DNA of 64,000 nt from positions 4,402,001 through 4,466,000 of the forward strand of contig JAYWIR010000008.1 of assembly GCA_036172245.1 (NCBI GenBank), given 5' to 3'. Under the pieces are notes generated by a model. It was not told where the DNA came from and did no database searches. It worked only from the letters and a program-made list of their open reading frames with translations. This DNA is from Raillietiella orientalis (lineage: Eukaryota). Position numbers and translations under genes: made by a program. Shown piece after piece: positions 46,549 through 60,893 of the stretch (its first letter is position 1; each line of letters begins with the position of its first letter).

Positions 46549-48719
46549 TCGGGGAGTCATCTTGGCAAGATCTTGGGTTTTGTGCACAGCGTCTTTGGCT
46601 GTTTGTGGCTAATTAGTGGCTAATTATTTACGCCTGCATGCGAAGAAAGCAGGGAAAAAACTCGCTTCGAGCTCAGGGTTTTCGTGTTCGCTTTAAAGTG
46701 TTTCGGTTGTCTGGACCTTGGTCGGTAGAGGATGTGAACGTGCCGCTGCTCCCATCAGTGTCACTGTTTAAACCCCATGACTGCCACTGTCACCAAAGTC
46801 CACTCTTTTCCCGCGTTTCCCCAATACCATTCGCTTTGGCTATTTCTCCGAATTCTGCCTCCCGCTTCCGACCTGCGAAGAGCCCAAGACGAGAGCCTCA
46901 TCTCTCTTGGAGCATCTCGAGACCGCTCCGCAGTGTGTTCTCCACCTCGAAAAGTCCGAAAGTCGAAAGCTGCAGTCACAAATCAGATGCTCAAACTCCG
47001 TGATCCATTTTGCTTGGTACGCACGCTGTGGGAGTAGTGCAAGACACTTTTGATAAATGAAGCCCAGGTGGTTTCTCTACACCCTGTTCCAGAAGTACCT
47101 TTTATGTTTTTTTCTTTCTTTCTTTCTTTCTTCTCTCTAGAACTGCAGTTTGAAACAGAAACTCTCCTTTGTGTTTCATGCTATCGGTGTTTATGGGGTT
47201 TTGTTTTCCTTTGATGGAACGTGCAGCTTCCTAGCTGAACGGATAACCAGCATCCCCTCCCCTCCCCCCTCCCCCAATGTCTGCTCTAAAATTACTCCAC
47301 CAAAAACTCTCAAAGTAGGGGATAGGTAAAAAAAAATAAAAAATAAAATGAAATCGGCAAACGGCAACAGTGTATCAGCGTGCCCATTCCATGGGTGAAA
47401 TGAATCCGCAGCATTCTCCAGGGGATCCCATAGCAACGCACGTGGAAACGCAGGCTGCATTTTCAGAGCGGTAATCAAAAGTTCTTTCTTCTGGTTGTTT
47501 ATGGGCTCATTTCATCATGAGCGACTTTTCCTTGACAACCTCGCTGTGTACTTGCTCGCTGGATCCGATTCTTTTATCACGGAATTCCGACTTGCCCTAG
47601 TTCGAACTTCTTTTCTTTTCTTTCACAGCATCGGTTCATTCCATTACATTCCATGGTTTTCTTTTCGAGAAGAATGCCCAGGAAGGCAAACACGTTGTCT
47701 GCGGTGCGTGTTAGCTAAGGGGATGTTGGTTTAGGAGACCAAGAAGTCTGTGTGGTGGGTACTGAAAGAAAAAGGGCGACGCGTGATTTATGCTCTCGTG
47801 TATGCGTGTATATATACATGTTTGTTGTTTAATTTAGGTACGTGGATTTCCGTTTTTTCGGTGACTGAAAATCTTCCGGTTCTCAAAGATGTATCGAAAC
47901 GTCCAGCCGGTGAATTCTACTTATTTTTAGAAAGGTAATTGCTGGTTGCCTAAATTGTAGTACACGTCCGTTTTCTGAATTCGTGAATGGACCGTTTGCA
48001 CGGATTCTAATTGCAAATCATCACATTTGAGAACAGATGCGTACCCATCCATATTTCATTTTAAGGAACAGTCTGAAAGAGCAACAGCGGTCAAACCACG
48101 ATTCCTTTCACGTGACGTCATTACCATCAGCATTTTAGTGTCTATTGAAAACACTTGCTTTTTTTTAAAAGGGATCAGTGAACGGTGTACTGCCGTGTGC
48201 ACCTTGAAGGGAAGACCACGTGTATTTGAGGGAGGGAAGAAGAAGAAGAAGAAAAATAAAACGCATACTTCCGAAGCGCTGAAGCGGTCCAAATTTTGCC
48301 ATTACAGAGACGTATCTTTCCTTGCAATGTTAACTCGAGTGTAGACTCGTCCGACGGCCTCATCATGTCATCATGTATGTCACATGCGATACGAAAATGC
48401 TGTTTATAAGTGGACGGGATCTCCCATCTTCCTTCCTCACTTGCAGCGTTCAGTCTGAATGACTTGCCAGGAGATGCTGAAGCTCTTCCGTTTGTTTGCA
48501 ACAGCGAGTGTGCCTTTCTTAACGGTTACAGCAGTTAATGGTTGGGTTCTATCATGAGGTCACTTAACGCCGGATTTTTTTTTTTTTTCCTGTTATCCTC
48601 CTGTTCAGCTGTTCGACGTGCTACTTACTACTCGGAATCTCAGTCTTCAGACTCCGCGTCGTCAGAGGGGTGACCTGGAAAAGCTCATTCGCACTCTCTC
48701 CCCCTCTCCCGCTCTCTCA

Positions 48720-48727
48720 AACACACA

Positions 48728-48767
<40 letters not shown>

Positions 48768-48812
48768 CCGAGAAAGATAGACACACACATACAAAAAAAA
48801 AAAAAAAAAAAA
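48720..48812. repeat. Compound (CA)n(GA)n microsatellite plus poly-A
   Basis: acacacac... gagagaga... then an A run of about 20 bases. Confidence 0.95.
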
Positions 48813-50849
48813 GCCCATTAAGTTATGCTTCCTTTTTCGCTTCGTGAATTGGAATAGCGCTGTGCGGAAGACCTCAGATGAAGTGCATAAGCGCTATCCT
48901 CCCAGAAAGCACAGAGGAAAGCCGAGTGGGATTCTTGGGTTTCGGGAGAATATTTCAGGAAAAGAGTGGATTTCCAAATGGGCGTTGGAAAAAATTTATT
49001 CGCACTGGAGTCCTGATACATAATTAGACACGATTGTGATCTAATCAGATTATAATCCTCTTAAGATAATATTCACCTTTAGCAGGGCGCTGCGGTGTAA
49101 TTGATGGGAACCCTGTGGCCATGCTCAGTTGCTGGTCAAGCAGGAGCGAACCTTCTTGCAACGCATCCCACAAATACGTGCGCGCGGCATTCGCGTGTAA
49201 ACTTTCGTCGTTTTACGGAAAATTTATTCTTTTATTGAAGCGCGCAGGAAGCGTTTCAATCCTTTTCCTCCGTTCAAATGGAGATGTGCTGACCAATTTC
49301 GCCGTCAGCCACTGCGGTCGCGGATGTCACGAGCGGTGCAGGGGTTTCCTCCGTGGCCAATCAGCGAATGCGTTTCCCTGGCGAAATCGTACTGCGGGGT
49401 CCAGGGCGGCGACGGTGCCAATTACAAACTTGACCCGGTTCCCCCTCTCGCGAGGAAGATGGGCAGCTTTCCGACATCTTCTTGCTCGCAGGTAGAGGCC
49501 CGCGTTGAACTCTTGCTTTCGGCAAAAAGCACCGGAGCTCTCATCGGCGTAGGGAGCGCGGTGGCAATGCAGAAGGGGAAGAATTTGCACACTTTAAGTG
49601 CAGACCTCTCCTGGTTACCGAAGGCGACGGCCGTCGCCATCGGCTGAGGAGCTGAAGATGCCGCACGTGCGTACAAAAAAAAAAAAAAAAAACATCGCGA
49701 CTTTCGTCGCTGGCTGCGGGTCACGCGAATTTTCGTCCCACGGCGATTTCCTGCGCTTCCGGAAATCCTTCCTTCGTTCGGAGCTCCATTCCAGCTGCCT
49801 ATCCCTGCAGATGCCTCGGTGAAGATTGCGTCTGTGCTTAAACCTTCTAATTGTCCATCGAATCTTCTCCGCCTCGTGCTGGCCATCCACTCTGCGTAAG
49901 GGCATTTTGGTGTGGATGCTTGCGTTGCCCCCCTTTTATCTCGACGCTTTTCATCCTCCGTACATCGGGACGAGATGGGGAGTGGGAGGTGAAAACGAGT
50001 TGGTTTGAAAAAAATCCAGAGTGAGGCAGCGAAATCCGTTGAGGCGGCGTTTCTTCGGGGCGCTGAAGAGCTCTGCCGTGCTCTTGCCCTCCTTCGACGC
50101 GTGTATCCTCCAAAGCGAGCTGCAGCGGCTTTCAAGAATTTTCGTCAGAGTTCCTTCCGAGATGGGAACCTTTTTTTTTTTTTTTTCTCTCCTTTTTTTT
50201 TTTTTTTGTCTTTTTCGTCGACCAGTTGGATCTTGTTAGAACCCACTGCAGCGGGGTTTTCGAACGCTCGCTGCGGCAGCTGGACGTAATGGTATGCAGC
50301 ATCCCCGCGGTTATTGCACCGCTGTGTTCATGCATGGCAATCGCCTAAGAAGCCACAAGCAGTTCTCATACACGTCGAATCTCTTTGTCTGGAAGTGCAC
50401 GAGGCTGGTGCTGAGAAATGGGTTCCTTGGTGATGGCACCTTATCGATTTCTTTTACCGGCTGATGCCCACGACCGTGTAACGAAATGCTGGTACTGGTT
50501 CTTCCTCCTTTCTTTTGCAGCCGAAGCTCAGATGGGTGCAGGGTCCGGCGCGGTGGTTCCAGAAAAGTGACTTTCGTGCTCGTGTTACACGTAATTTACG
50601 GCATGAATTTACATATCGTGGAATAAGTGAGCAAACGCGGTCGCACGTGTGCGAGCATATCGAAAGCGGATAAAGCGAATTTGTTTGGTGAAGGCAAAAA
50701 AAAAATCGATGTCATCGTACAGATGGCATTGTACACTGTCAGCTGCCCGCAAGCGAACGCGCAGTGAAGAACGGCACGGCAAGCTTCTGAGTAGGCGGTA
50801 TTTGGAATGGGGCGTTTCGCAAGGTCCTTTCCCTGCTTGGTCCTATTTT

Positions 50850-51720
50850 GCCTTTCGTTAGGAATCCTCCAGGAAGCAGCCTCCCACAATTTCTCATTCT
50901 GCCAGCAGCACTTCATTCGTTGAAGTACCCTCATTAAGGCATCCCCTTTTATCGTCGCTGCTGCTACCACCACCTGATTTGCCGGCGAAGAAAGCGACAA
51001 GAACCCAAGGCCAGCGTTTTGGCATTCGGCAACTCGGCACTGCGAGCCTCTGGCAAATCTTCCAACATCGGTTTGTACAGCCCAGGTACATCCTGTGCCC
51101 CCGCCCCGGCTTTCATCTCGGTCCAGCGGGCTAAAAGAGCCTCGCCATTCCCGTGAAGTTTCCGAGTTCGCAGCTCAAGGTCCTGACTGAAGGTACTGCC
51201 AAAGTTAAGTTGCACGCAACGTATCTTCCAGCAAAGCTGCCTTGGGCTGCCTGCTCGTGCCCTGAAGTACGGGAAATCGAGTACGGTTCGTTTCTCGACC
51301 GGCTCACCTTCCCCTGTGGTAGAGCGAGCGCCTCTCCGCGGAGCGGTGAGATCCCATCTCCTCTCACGGCGGGATGATGCGAGGGACGATGGCGTTTTCT
51401 GTGTAAACACAACCGTGGTCAGCTCTGCCGGGAATCCCTTCCCAACAGCAGTGGTTCATACGCCCCGTACTTACTTGGGGGAGCAGTGGGAGAGGGGGAA
51501 GTTCGTGCCTGCGATGGCAGGTCGTTGTGTGCGGTAGGGCTCCCGGCGTGCGGTACTTCTCGGGAGGCGGGGGATCATCATCTGGTCCGGATCGTCGTCT
51601 GGCTTGAATGCGATTCCGGACACCTTTTTGGGATTGCGATCAGCTTTGGTGGTTGCGAAAGCTGTGTTGCCGGTGTTACGTAACCGTGACTCTTCAATGA
51701 CAACTGCCGCTTTCAAATCA
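50850..51720 (-). mobile_element. Decayed CR1-like LINE RT
   Basis: DPDQMMIPRL (~GPDxIxPR), VLDFPYF (~YLDFxKAFD), GNGEALLARWTEMKAG..QDVPG..LEDLPE (~G..S.W..GVPQG..NDLP), FFAGKS (~FADD). Confidence 0.6.
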
Positions 51721-52108
51721 TTGGAAACGGTTACGTTTCGATCATTCAATTCACTTCGGTTTTGTCTTGTTTTTTTTCTCCCCCCCTTTTCCTTTTCGGT
51801 GCTTTTTTAATTTACATGTTAGCTAACCTGGCTCATTCGCACCGCTGTTTTTCCGGTTTGCGGCAGCTGACGTAAGCAACCGTAATGGAACGTGTGCTGA
51901 GGGAATGGACTTTCAACTATCTGCTATTCGTTTTTCTAAAATGTTCCACGGCAGTGGGAACGACGATTATGCACCGAGTCGGCTTAGAAGGATTCTTCTT
52001 CTTCTTCTCCTCTCTTTTTTTTTTTTCTTCGAAGAATGAGTTTTGACGGTCTCCACTCTGTGAGCTTTATGACCCCTTTGTTTTTGTAAGCTTTGCTTTC
52101 ATGAACTC

Positions 52109-52139
<31 letters not shown>

Positions 52140-53518
52140 GATCATGTCATTAGCGATAAATTAAAATGTCAAAGTGTGTTCCTTTATTGTTTTTCAAGTT
52201 CAGTATTAAATCCGAGTTTCGGATCGAATTCCTTTAAACTGAGATTGCGGCGCGTAATTTGAAAAAAAAAAAAAAAAAAAGAACTCGGAATCCATGGCAT
52301 TAGGTGAAAAGGTAATTAGTAATTACCCTGCTTGTAATCACCATGTTTTGTTTTGTTCTTGGTTTCCTTCCTTCCATGGAAACTGAATCTCACATTCGAT
52401 TTCACACACGGGCAGCAATTAGACAAAAACCTTGCGTTACAAACAAGGCTCGGCGTTCTTTGGGACATATTTTTCGAAATGTACACAACTTGTAGCATTC
52501 TTCGCGTATACTTCACTCGCTTTCGTTTTCTCTGGTAATGCCATGAAACGAATGTACTGCCAAGATGAATACTGTACATGCATCACGTCTCGAGGTTCCC
52601 GGCCCTGAGGATTCGGCGGGTTCCGAGTTCGCGGAAGTCTCCACTTGTGTACATATTTTCCATTTCTACGTACGCACATTTTTCATGTGTGTGTCAGAAG
52701 GATCCGTCGTCGAAGCGTGTTTGAGTTGCTGTCCTTTGGAGGAAGCGGAAACTGAAAATTACGGCGATCGTGTTCTAGCGTGATCGGTTTCTGGTTTCCA
52801 GTGCTTTAATTGGTCTGTGGGATTAACGGAATGGACCAAACGAAAGTAACTCTGGAGACAGGAAAGGAGGAGCACGGAAAGTCCGGGAACGTGGCGGGAG
52901 GAAGTCGAAATTCCAGGTCTGGGAGCAGAGGCGAACCAAAGGGAAAAATGCAAGCAAAATGGAATCGCAACTCTTAGCATTTTACTTCCGCTACTTCTGT
53001 TCGTCTCGTTTTTGTCGGAAGGAAGAAGAAACCGTGCAGCGCAGTGCAGAATCGACCTCAGTCGGCTAAAGGAGGGCTGCCCGGTTTCCTACCGCCCAGT
53101 CTTTGACTTCCAGACACAAAACACTTCGACCACGTCTCACATTCTTTATAATTGGCTTTCGTCTGTCGCGGTGCTTGAAAAGGATCGCTTGGTTACGCAG
53201 CAGCTGACTGACCTCCCTCGAATAAACACAACCATCCTTGTCTTTTACCCAAGGGGCATTTTGGAAGGTGCATTATCGAATTGCTGGTAGGGCCAAATTT
53301 TTTCTCTCCTTGGTGTTGACTTCTGGAAAAAATCGATCCCGCTGTGTACACTACCAGTGCTTTCTTGACGCTTCCATAATCACAGTGCGCCATGTGTCAG
53401 TAGCACGGAAAATAAACACGGCATTTGGTTTGCGATAACCTCCTGGCTGTAGACATAAACAAAACTGCGCATCCGAAACAGCGGCCACTCACAGTCGTTT
53501 TCGCTGTTATTAGGGATA

Positions 53519-53977
53519 CAGTAGGTCCCCGCATAGCGCGAGGGATGCGTTCTGCGTTATACGAGCCCTGTGGGTTATGCAGGGGCGATGCGGTGATATG
53601 TACAAAACGTTTCTCCGCTTAGACGTGGAAAGAATATTTGCGAGTAAGAAGATTTATTTAAAACGAAAAGAAAAGAATATCTATGATTCAACTTGTGTAA
53701 GTGGAAGGGGGGGGGGGAATGTTGTTGCAATCCCATCGTCCTCGTGGTTGAAAGATGCTTTCTTACTATTCTCGTTGCGCCGTTTTATTTACGAGATCTG
53801 AATAAGGCAGAATTCAGTCACGCGGTTCGTGTTCTTATTACGGCAGCTGAACTCGAGATCTCTGCAACATCCAGATGAATCCATAGGACCTCACGGGGCC
53901 ACGTAACCGCGTTATAGGAGGACCGCCGTCGTTTTCCCGTCGCCCCATACGAACCCGCTCTACACGAGGGTCCACCG
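53519..53977. mobile_element. Tc1/pogo(Tigger)-like MITE
   Basis: TA|cagtaggtccccgcatagcgcg ... cgctctacacgagggtccaccg|TA: diverged CAGT-type TIRs flanked by TA. Confidence 0.55.
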
Positions 53978-54299
53978 TACTCTACACGACCTTTTGTTTT
54001 CTTTTTTTCTTTTTTTTTTTTTTTTTGTTGTTTTTTTTTGCGTCTCAGGACTTCCCGAGTCCAGTAACCTCCTGTCAGGGAATGCAGTGAATCGAACGAC
54101 GGTGAATCGGGACTTCCCGAACGGTGAATTCGACTGCATCGTTCGTTCCTTTGCAGCTGTTTTCGTCGTCGGTGTGTTCCCGTGGCCATCCTTCCGATTT
54201 GCAAGCACTGAAAACCTCATCCCGCGCACCACCATGCCGTTCTCGCAACTTCCACTCTTCTTGCGTTCGTACGCTTCTGGCCGCAGTGCTGGTGCGGCA

Positions 54300-55090
54300 A
54301 GGGGAAACCGACTGCCGCAGCACGTTGGTACAGCTCGACACCTCCCTCTGCCAGCGTACGCGCAGGAAGGTTGCTTGTACGAAACCTATCCGAGCACAAA
54401 CCGGACGATTCCGTGCGGAGAACTCAAGTTGACACGTAGGAGATCTCGCGAAGGAAACGAAATGCCCTCTCAGCATGCCTCTCAGAGGTTCCAGGATCCC
54501 TGTCGCTCGAGGAAAGCATCAGGAAGGAACGAGGGAAGCGAATATCCGAGGCAAAAGGGCACGAGGAGAGTCGCCGAAGAGCGGGTGCTCCCGGTAAGTT
54601 CTCCTGGAAAACCACTATAATTGTCCTTCCCGCACTTACCTGAATCAACCGGTGGAGTCGCATCGCTGTCTCCTCTCCAAAGGAGTCCGATCCGTTGGAG
54701 CCCTGGTCCACTTGCCCACGTGTGCCACTGTACAGCGTTCAAGTGCGGTGTGACCATTCCGTTCCGTCTGTTGCCCGTTTCCGTGTGCGTGTCCGTATCC
54801 ATGGAAGACAGTGGTTCCTCCGACACACCAACCAGCGGAAAGAGTCAGCAACGGAGGTCTCTGCCGCATCCGCGCGTGGAAGGCGACGGCAGTCTTTCAG
54901 TTCTGAGGACCTGAAGACGTCGCTGTTGCTCTTTGCCGGTTATTCCCAAGAATCCCACCGCAGGACATACCGCTTGGTGTTCGTTGCTTGAAGAGTAGTC
55001 CCATACAAAGAGGGAAACAGACCAAGGGTGGGATGTATAAAACCACTCGAAACAACCGGGAGGGAATACTCAGGGATCTGATTATTTTTT
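54300..55090 (-). mobile_element. Possible decayed L1/Tx1-like RT remnant
   Basis: LNAVQW (~FDxVxW) and LRRLSSCPFASDI (~QGDPLSxxLF) in order; weak. Confidence 0.3.
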
Positions 55091-56799
55091 AAAATGGTTT
55101 CGCATAAAAATTCCATTACGTGGGTGTTGGCCCGAATTACGGGGCACAGCCAACACACGAGTCATATGGAAATGTGATGGCATACCGTTTCAAAAGATTA
55201 GGACTCATTTGAAAGCGATAGTGCGATCCCTTCGCTATTGAAACAATTTAGTTTTAATTTTAGGAAAATTTGGGGGGGAGTAATGGTGTTTATGGCGCGA
55301 AATCTGCCTATTCCTGTGATCAACTCTTGCAGGGGAACGAATGGGAGGGTTGCATTTAAATACGGATGCAAGGTTGCTTGCATTCCATGAGTAAAGTATC
55401 TCTTTAATGTATCGAGAAAGTGCTGTGAGTGGGAGCGAAAATTCGAATTCGCAAAATCGTTTGGATCCGAAATGCGGATGCTGGATTCGATCTGGATACC
55501 GTTTCCATCCTTCCGCTCACTGCCCCAACGCTCCCGCAGCGAGCAGGTCATTCCAGGATAGCGGCTTCCGCTGGACCCACTGCGTCTTCCCTCACCTCAC
55601 GCATCTCATTCGAGGTGCCCATCCCCCTCGTGCTGTCGTCTTCCAGATGCCGTTTCCTCGGTTGCCACGTACCCCCGTTTCGTCGTTCGGTCGCTCTCCG
55701 CTTCCTCCCGAGTCGCCATGGTCATGAACGTTTCCATGTAGGACAGGATAGACGTCATCCAAAGGAACTTTTGCGATTTTCCGTGTCAGTATACGTGCTC
55801 TTGACCTTTTTTTTTTTTTTAGGATTTTGTGCATTGCTGAATAATGTAATTCATTCTTCCAAATTTCTGCCATCTTACAATTATGGTAATCGTTACTTTC
55901 TTTCTTTCTTTTTTCACTGTCGCTCAGCTCTAAAACGGTAACCCATTTAGCTGGAAAAAGGCGCTTAAAACTGACGAACAGCCCGTGGTTGCGAGGGACT
56001 CATCTCCAAGGTAAGAAATTTGCCGCTTTCGAATTCTGAAATCCTGACATCCTGCTGTCCTTTGATGCTGCTGCTTCCACTCGGTCCCGCATCCTTATTA
56101 CTGCTGATTGCCCCTTCTTTTATGCTCGCGTGCTCACAGAAAAGTGATGGCATACTTAGATAGAACGAGCAAACTGTCTACTCGAGAAATATGACATTTT
56201 CACGTAATGCGGTTGGAACAGTTTGAAGGCTAAGCGGTCTTCAAAGACTGGTGGTTGCCCAAAGGCTGGTCTTTGGTGCATTTTCCTGCGTCCTCGCGGC
56301 TTTGCGAGTGTTTCCAAGCTCGAACGCCGTGCTCTTCAGACACTTCCGCCCAAGACGGATTGCTTCCCACAGATTTGGGGACTTTTTTTGTCGTTGATCC
56401 CCTTCTCTTTAAAGAGTTCCTCAGAGCTTCCCGGCTGCCAGTACCTCTTCTTGGATGTGTTTCTTGCATGAAATGAAGTGCATCTCGTGCCCTCTTCGTC
56501 TTCTTGTTTCAGCGATGGTCCTTTCATTTGGTGTTCATGACCTCGTGAAATTTTCGTTCGTTAGATGGATAGAAGGGCTCAAGAACCCATTCCAAACAAA
56601 TATGCATGCACGCCCGTTCACAGAATATGTGGATTCTGCGGAACGAGCAACTCCGAATCGAAAGCATAGGTGCATTTTTCTCTTGTAATAACTATTAAGC
56701 TGTCCCTTCGGTTCTGTTGTTGTACGCATGCGCCAGAGTTTGCACGTACGTTCCACGCGGCCATGTCGAGGCTGCCAGGTTTCTTTTCCGTCTCCAGGA

Positions 56800-57250
56800 C
56801 GTGAAGACTAATCAGCTGAGAATGAAGTCCCCTCTGCACCTATGAATTACTGCACGATGCTGTTTCCCGAGAAACGTCCAGTTTATGTTACTGCTTCTCG
56901 AAATCCCTGTCCCCATTATCCTTCCCATCTCGCGGGGCAGAACCCGAGACCTCGTCAGCTTCCCTGCTAAACTTTGTCGAATGTTCAAACTCAAGAAGTA
57001 ATGTGCACCCCTGAGTTGTGCTTGTACGAAGGTGCAAGGGATGCCGAGCAGACAAGGAGGAGGCCGTAGCATATACAATGCGATCTGTGTGCATTGCCCT
57101 TGTTGTAATCGTAGGGTTCTCTGGGATGACATTTCGCCGCTGCAGTCGGTGCGGCCGTGCCCGCTTTCAGTTCCCTTTCGCTTTTCCACAGTCAGAGGAA
57201 TCGGAAAGTTCTTCTGGCAGCTTCCTTAATCTCACATCGCGAAGGAATCT
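56800..57250 (-). mobile_element. Decayed LINE RT fragment
   Basis: RLQQGQCTQIAL..FLSLNIRQSL..MGTGIS..NWTFLGKQHRAV (~QxGFR.G.ST..AL..xDxxKAFD..GI..W..FL..R..V). Confidence 0.5.
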
Positions 57251-58329
57251 TGCGCATCTTTCATTCGCTTCCTGATGAGCAGTTTCCGTTCGCAGCTGTC
57301 CTCAGTGTCCATCTTCGCGTACTTTCCGACCTATCCACCTATGTGCTGAAGTTCATGAGCATTTAGATTCACCAGGTACACTGGGGGTAGGTCCCAGACT
57401 TCATTTGCATCTTGACCACAAGAGAGAGCCGAAATCCAGGCCGCACGTGCGGTGGTAACCTACGTTTCCGTGGGTTGCATTTTGTTGTTTTGCTTCGAAC
57501 GACTGACTTTGCACTTCCAAGAGCGCTGCTTCTGTAATTGCTCTTTTGAGTGGCTGTGGCTTCGGACGAGTGCCCGAGTTCGGCATCAAAACAGCCTTTC
57601 CCGTCAGCTGTCATTCAGGACCATCTAACGTCTCACCCACACACCCCTCTCCCAGTCCAGCATGTGTTTGCGGACCTTCGGTTTAACCTGAGTCTCGGTT
57701 CCGAGAAACTTTCGAGACCGAAAATCGAGTGACCATTTGTAATTTTCCAATTTGGTGTTTCTGTGCAAATTGCTGCGGCACAGTCCCTTTATTGTAATGA
57801 CTTCAGTCTGTGTCCAACGATATCCTGAATTTTGCTACAAAATGTGAGCACCGTCATTGTGTATCGAAGAACTCGGGAGGGAATGCTTTTCTTCGGACAC
57901 GATCGTGACTCGGAGGAATTCAGTTGAGCGGGGCTTGAGAAATTAAATCTTGAATGCGTAACTCATAAATTAGCGGGAGGGGGGGGGGGAGAAATCAGGC
58001 CGCCACCACCCCGTTTGTGTGTTTCGCTGATATTTAGCAAAAAAAAAAAATCGTTTCTTTGTTCTCGGAAAGTGTACTTTCGCCACCACAAAATACAAGC
58101 GCGACAGGACGGAGAATGGGGCCGCCTAGCTAATAGGGAACGCTTTCCTGTTGCCTCACGCTCGTCTTGCATCTTGCCCAACTTGTTTAAATAGGCAGCA
58201 AAGTCTTGAATCCCATTTCCCCCCTCTTACTGACGTATTCGAAAGCTGCAGCTCGCTGATACGGAATCGTTTTCACCATCTTTCGTGCGTTGGGCGCCGT
58301 TATAAGAGACAGAAATCACGCAGCAGAGA

Positions 58330-59060
58330 GGCCAACTGATTGCATTGAAGAATGCACTTCATTGGCTACCGTACACCCACGAAGTTGACCCAATCCAATG
58401 CCATCCCAGGCCCAGGAGGAACAAGTCATGAAATCTGTCGGGCATTAGAACGGTTCTGAACTTCTGACAGCGTTGGGGGACTCTCAGCAGCACCGGCGTC
58501 ATGAAAGCCGCGTCCAGGCTGGGGAACATTAGGGAACGCTTCCATGGAAACAAATCACTCGAAAGACAACGGATGTGAAAATCCGCCGAGGATTCCCGTG
58601 GAATGCGGATTCCACCGAAGAGAATCAAGGATTCTCCTCGGCAAAGCTGGAGCACTCTCAGGCCGAGTCATTCCTTGCTGGTTTATTGCTTTCTGAAGGA
58701 GATCTGGAGGTTTCGTGACCAGCAGGAAGGTGAGTGATCTTGTGCTGTGGAGAAGAGTTGTCCTGAGGCAAGCAGGGAGGCTGTGCTTTTACATGCCTGC
58801 ATACGCGTCTGCCGGTGAACAATTCACTTTTCTATACTGTGCTCTGCGTGGAAAATCTCCAGCTCTCACTTCGGGCAATTCGTAGCACTTGATGAAGAGC
58901 GGTCCATTCTCTCTTCCGGGCTCGAAGACCGCAAGCGTTGAGTTTCCGTGCCGAGAATCTCCTCGCTCATCTCCCGGGAAATTCCCCCCCGGCAGCGTTG
59001 CTTTGAAAGGCGAGTCTTCCTTGCAGGTGCTGTTGCGCGCGCTTCCTTTTCCTCCCGTCC
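58330..59060 (-). mobile_element. Decayed CR1-like LINE RT fragment
   Basis: AQY (~QxGF), DLLQKA, GIRI..FPWKRS..SLDA, PVLLRVPQRCQKFRTVL..FHDL (~V.SGVPQG..LGPxL..NDL). Confidence 0.55.
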
Positions 59061-59499
59061 CTGCAAGAGTGGAATTCACGTGCCCTCCCGTCCTCGTCTT
59101 CGGGGTGCTCGGTCCTCAAGTGGATGCCTCTTGCGCTCCTCTCTCTCTCTGCGCACGGCTGTCAACATATATCGCAAACGGACGGTTCTCTACCGCGTTA
59201 CTCCGGTGGCAGGGAGACATACCCCTCCGGGCAGATTCGTTTATTCATGGCTCTCACTCGGTGGTGGTGGTGGTGGTGGGTGCACGTGCTATGCATCTGC
59301 TTCTGACAAGCTGGACGGGAGGAAGACTTTTTGCCTCTTGCACACATGTCGAGAGGTCACGTCGTGTATTTATTTATCCTGGAAATTGCTTCCCATGCTT
59401 ATCTTGGCCGATTCGCTTCACACTTGAGCTGCTGTTATCCATGTAGGGGAATCACTGACCGGTTGATGGTTCGGAACTGGATGAGCTGTAAAGTGTTGG

Positions 59500-60000
59500 A
59501 GCTCCCAGCAACATGCCACTGCGAACGCTTTCGACGCTTAGTGATTATGTAGTAAGTCGTGCAGGGTAACCCCAGCATCACGAGAAAACTGCTTTTCCGT
59601 TTCGAAAGCAGGAGCACAAAGGTTTGCATCAGCTTTTCGCAGCTTCGTCCGGCAGACACGAAGGAGCACCTGGAGTTGATCCGCAGTTCGCGAAGTTTGG
59701 AAACGTTTTGCGCTCCTCGGTGTCTCCTGGGAAACGCTGGCGCCGTGGGGCCTCCCCGTTTCGCACCGACGTGTTCGGCACTTCCAGTTTGATGCTGCAC
59801 AGGAACAGCTTCTTGCATCCGGATAAGAACGGGTGTCTCGTGAAGAACGGGTTAAAGAGCCGCTCGCTTCCCGAAGCAGTATCAGGGACGGGGGATGCTA
59901 CGGATAAGCCCGGCAGTGCGGTTTGGTGCAGTTTTCCTCATGCAGCCCCGGATGCATCTTTCAATTCGGGTTGTTTGGGGAGGGGAGGGGGGGCGTTTGG
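59500..60000 (-). mobile_element. Possible LINE RT N-terminal remnant
   Basis: IERCIR..RTAGLIRSIP (~A.G.D.IP) and APAFP..CEKLMQ (~xPxxK..KxxE). Confidence 0.3.
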
Positions 60001-60869
60001 CTTCGTACTTCGACCGGAAAGAGCTTCTCGTTTTCTTCCTCACGGAGGGTTCGGAGGCGAAGAAATTCAACGAATTTTGGTGGTCATTTCCCGTTGCCGT
60101 CTCCGTGGCAGTATCAGGCGAGTCGCAAGCCGGAAGTGCAAACGTGGAATTTTTTTTTCCTTCCCTCTTTTCTTCCCCTTGGACCTTCAGATTTTCGGTT
60201 ACGGATGCAACGATCGGTCCAGCGAAACGAACGCTTGATTTTCTTTTTTTTTTTTTCGCTTTTCTTTCTTTCCTCATGGATTTGGTTTTCTTACACAGTA
60301 AATGCGGTCACGCCTTCGTTTTACATATATTCATTTGTCACTCCTGTTCGATGCATTCCCTCGGCTTGAAAATAGCAGGCATGCACGAAATGTATGTAGT
60401 GCCCTTGAAAATGGTCTTATTTAAGCCCGTGGGAATGCATCGACTACCTACAAGCAGGAAACCAAGCGTAATGCGGAGAAAGTTCGTGTTAAAGCATTGG
60501 GTAGCAGCAGCAAGTGGTTCGAAGAGCTGCACCCGGGCAACGGGATGTCGGAGGGCGGCGGCAGGGAAGAGAGAATCCGAGCGATCTTTGAAAGTTTCTC
60601 GAGACTGCTTTCTGCCTGGGGCTCGGTCCAAAGTCCCGAACTCGAAACAGATGTGTGATAAACACGTCTATTCATTATTGCGTGGCATTCATGATGCACA
60701 TACGTGTATTTGTTACACCTGAAGGACGTGCAAATGTTAACACATTAATATTCGTATACATAGTAATGCTATCAACAATGTGTGTGTTACTATGAACACG
60801 TATGTTAAAGTAACACTGACACTGACATTAATCTGTGTATGAATGTACCTGTTGGTATACATGGTAAAC

Positions 60870-60893
60870 ATATATATATATATATATATATAT
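60870..60893. repeat. (TA)n microsatellite
   Basis: atatatatatatatatatatatat. Confidence 0.95.

Noticed and set aside
50521..50566. Plus-strand exon after tcttttgcag
   Set aside because: Good acceptor but weak donor; no recognisable peptide or partner exons.
58699..58729. Plus-strand micro-exon (ag...gtgagt)
   Set aside because: It lies inside an antisense LINE RT remnant and has no supporting exons.
59895..60722. 275-aa plus-strand ORF
   Set aside because: It runs through poly-T tracts, giving Phe runs, and has no domain signal.
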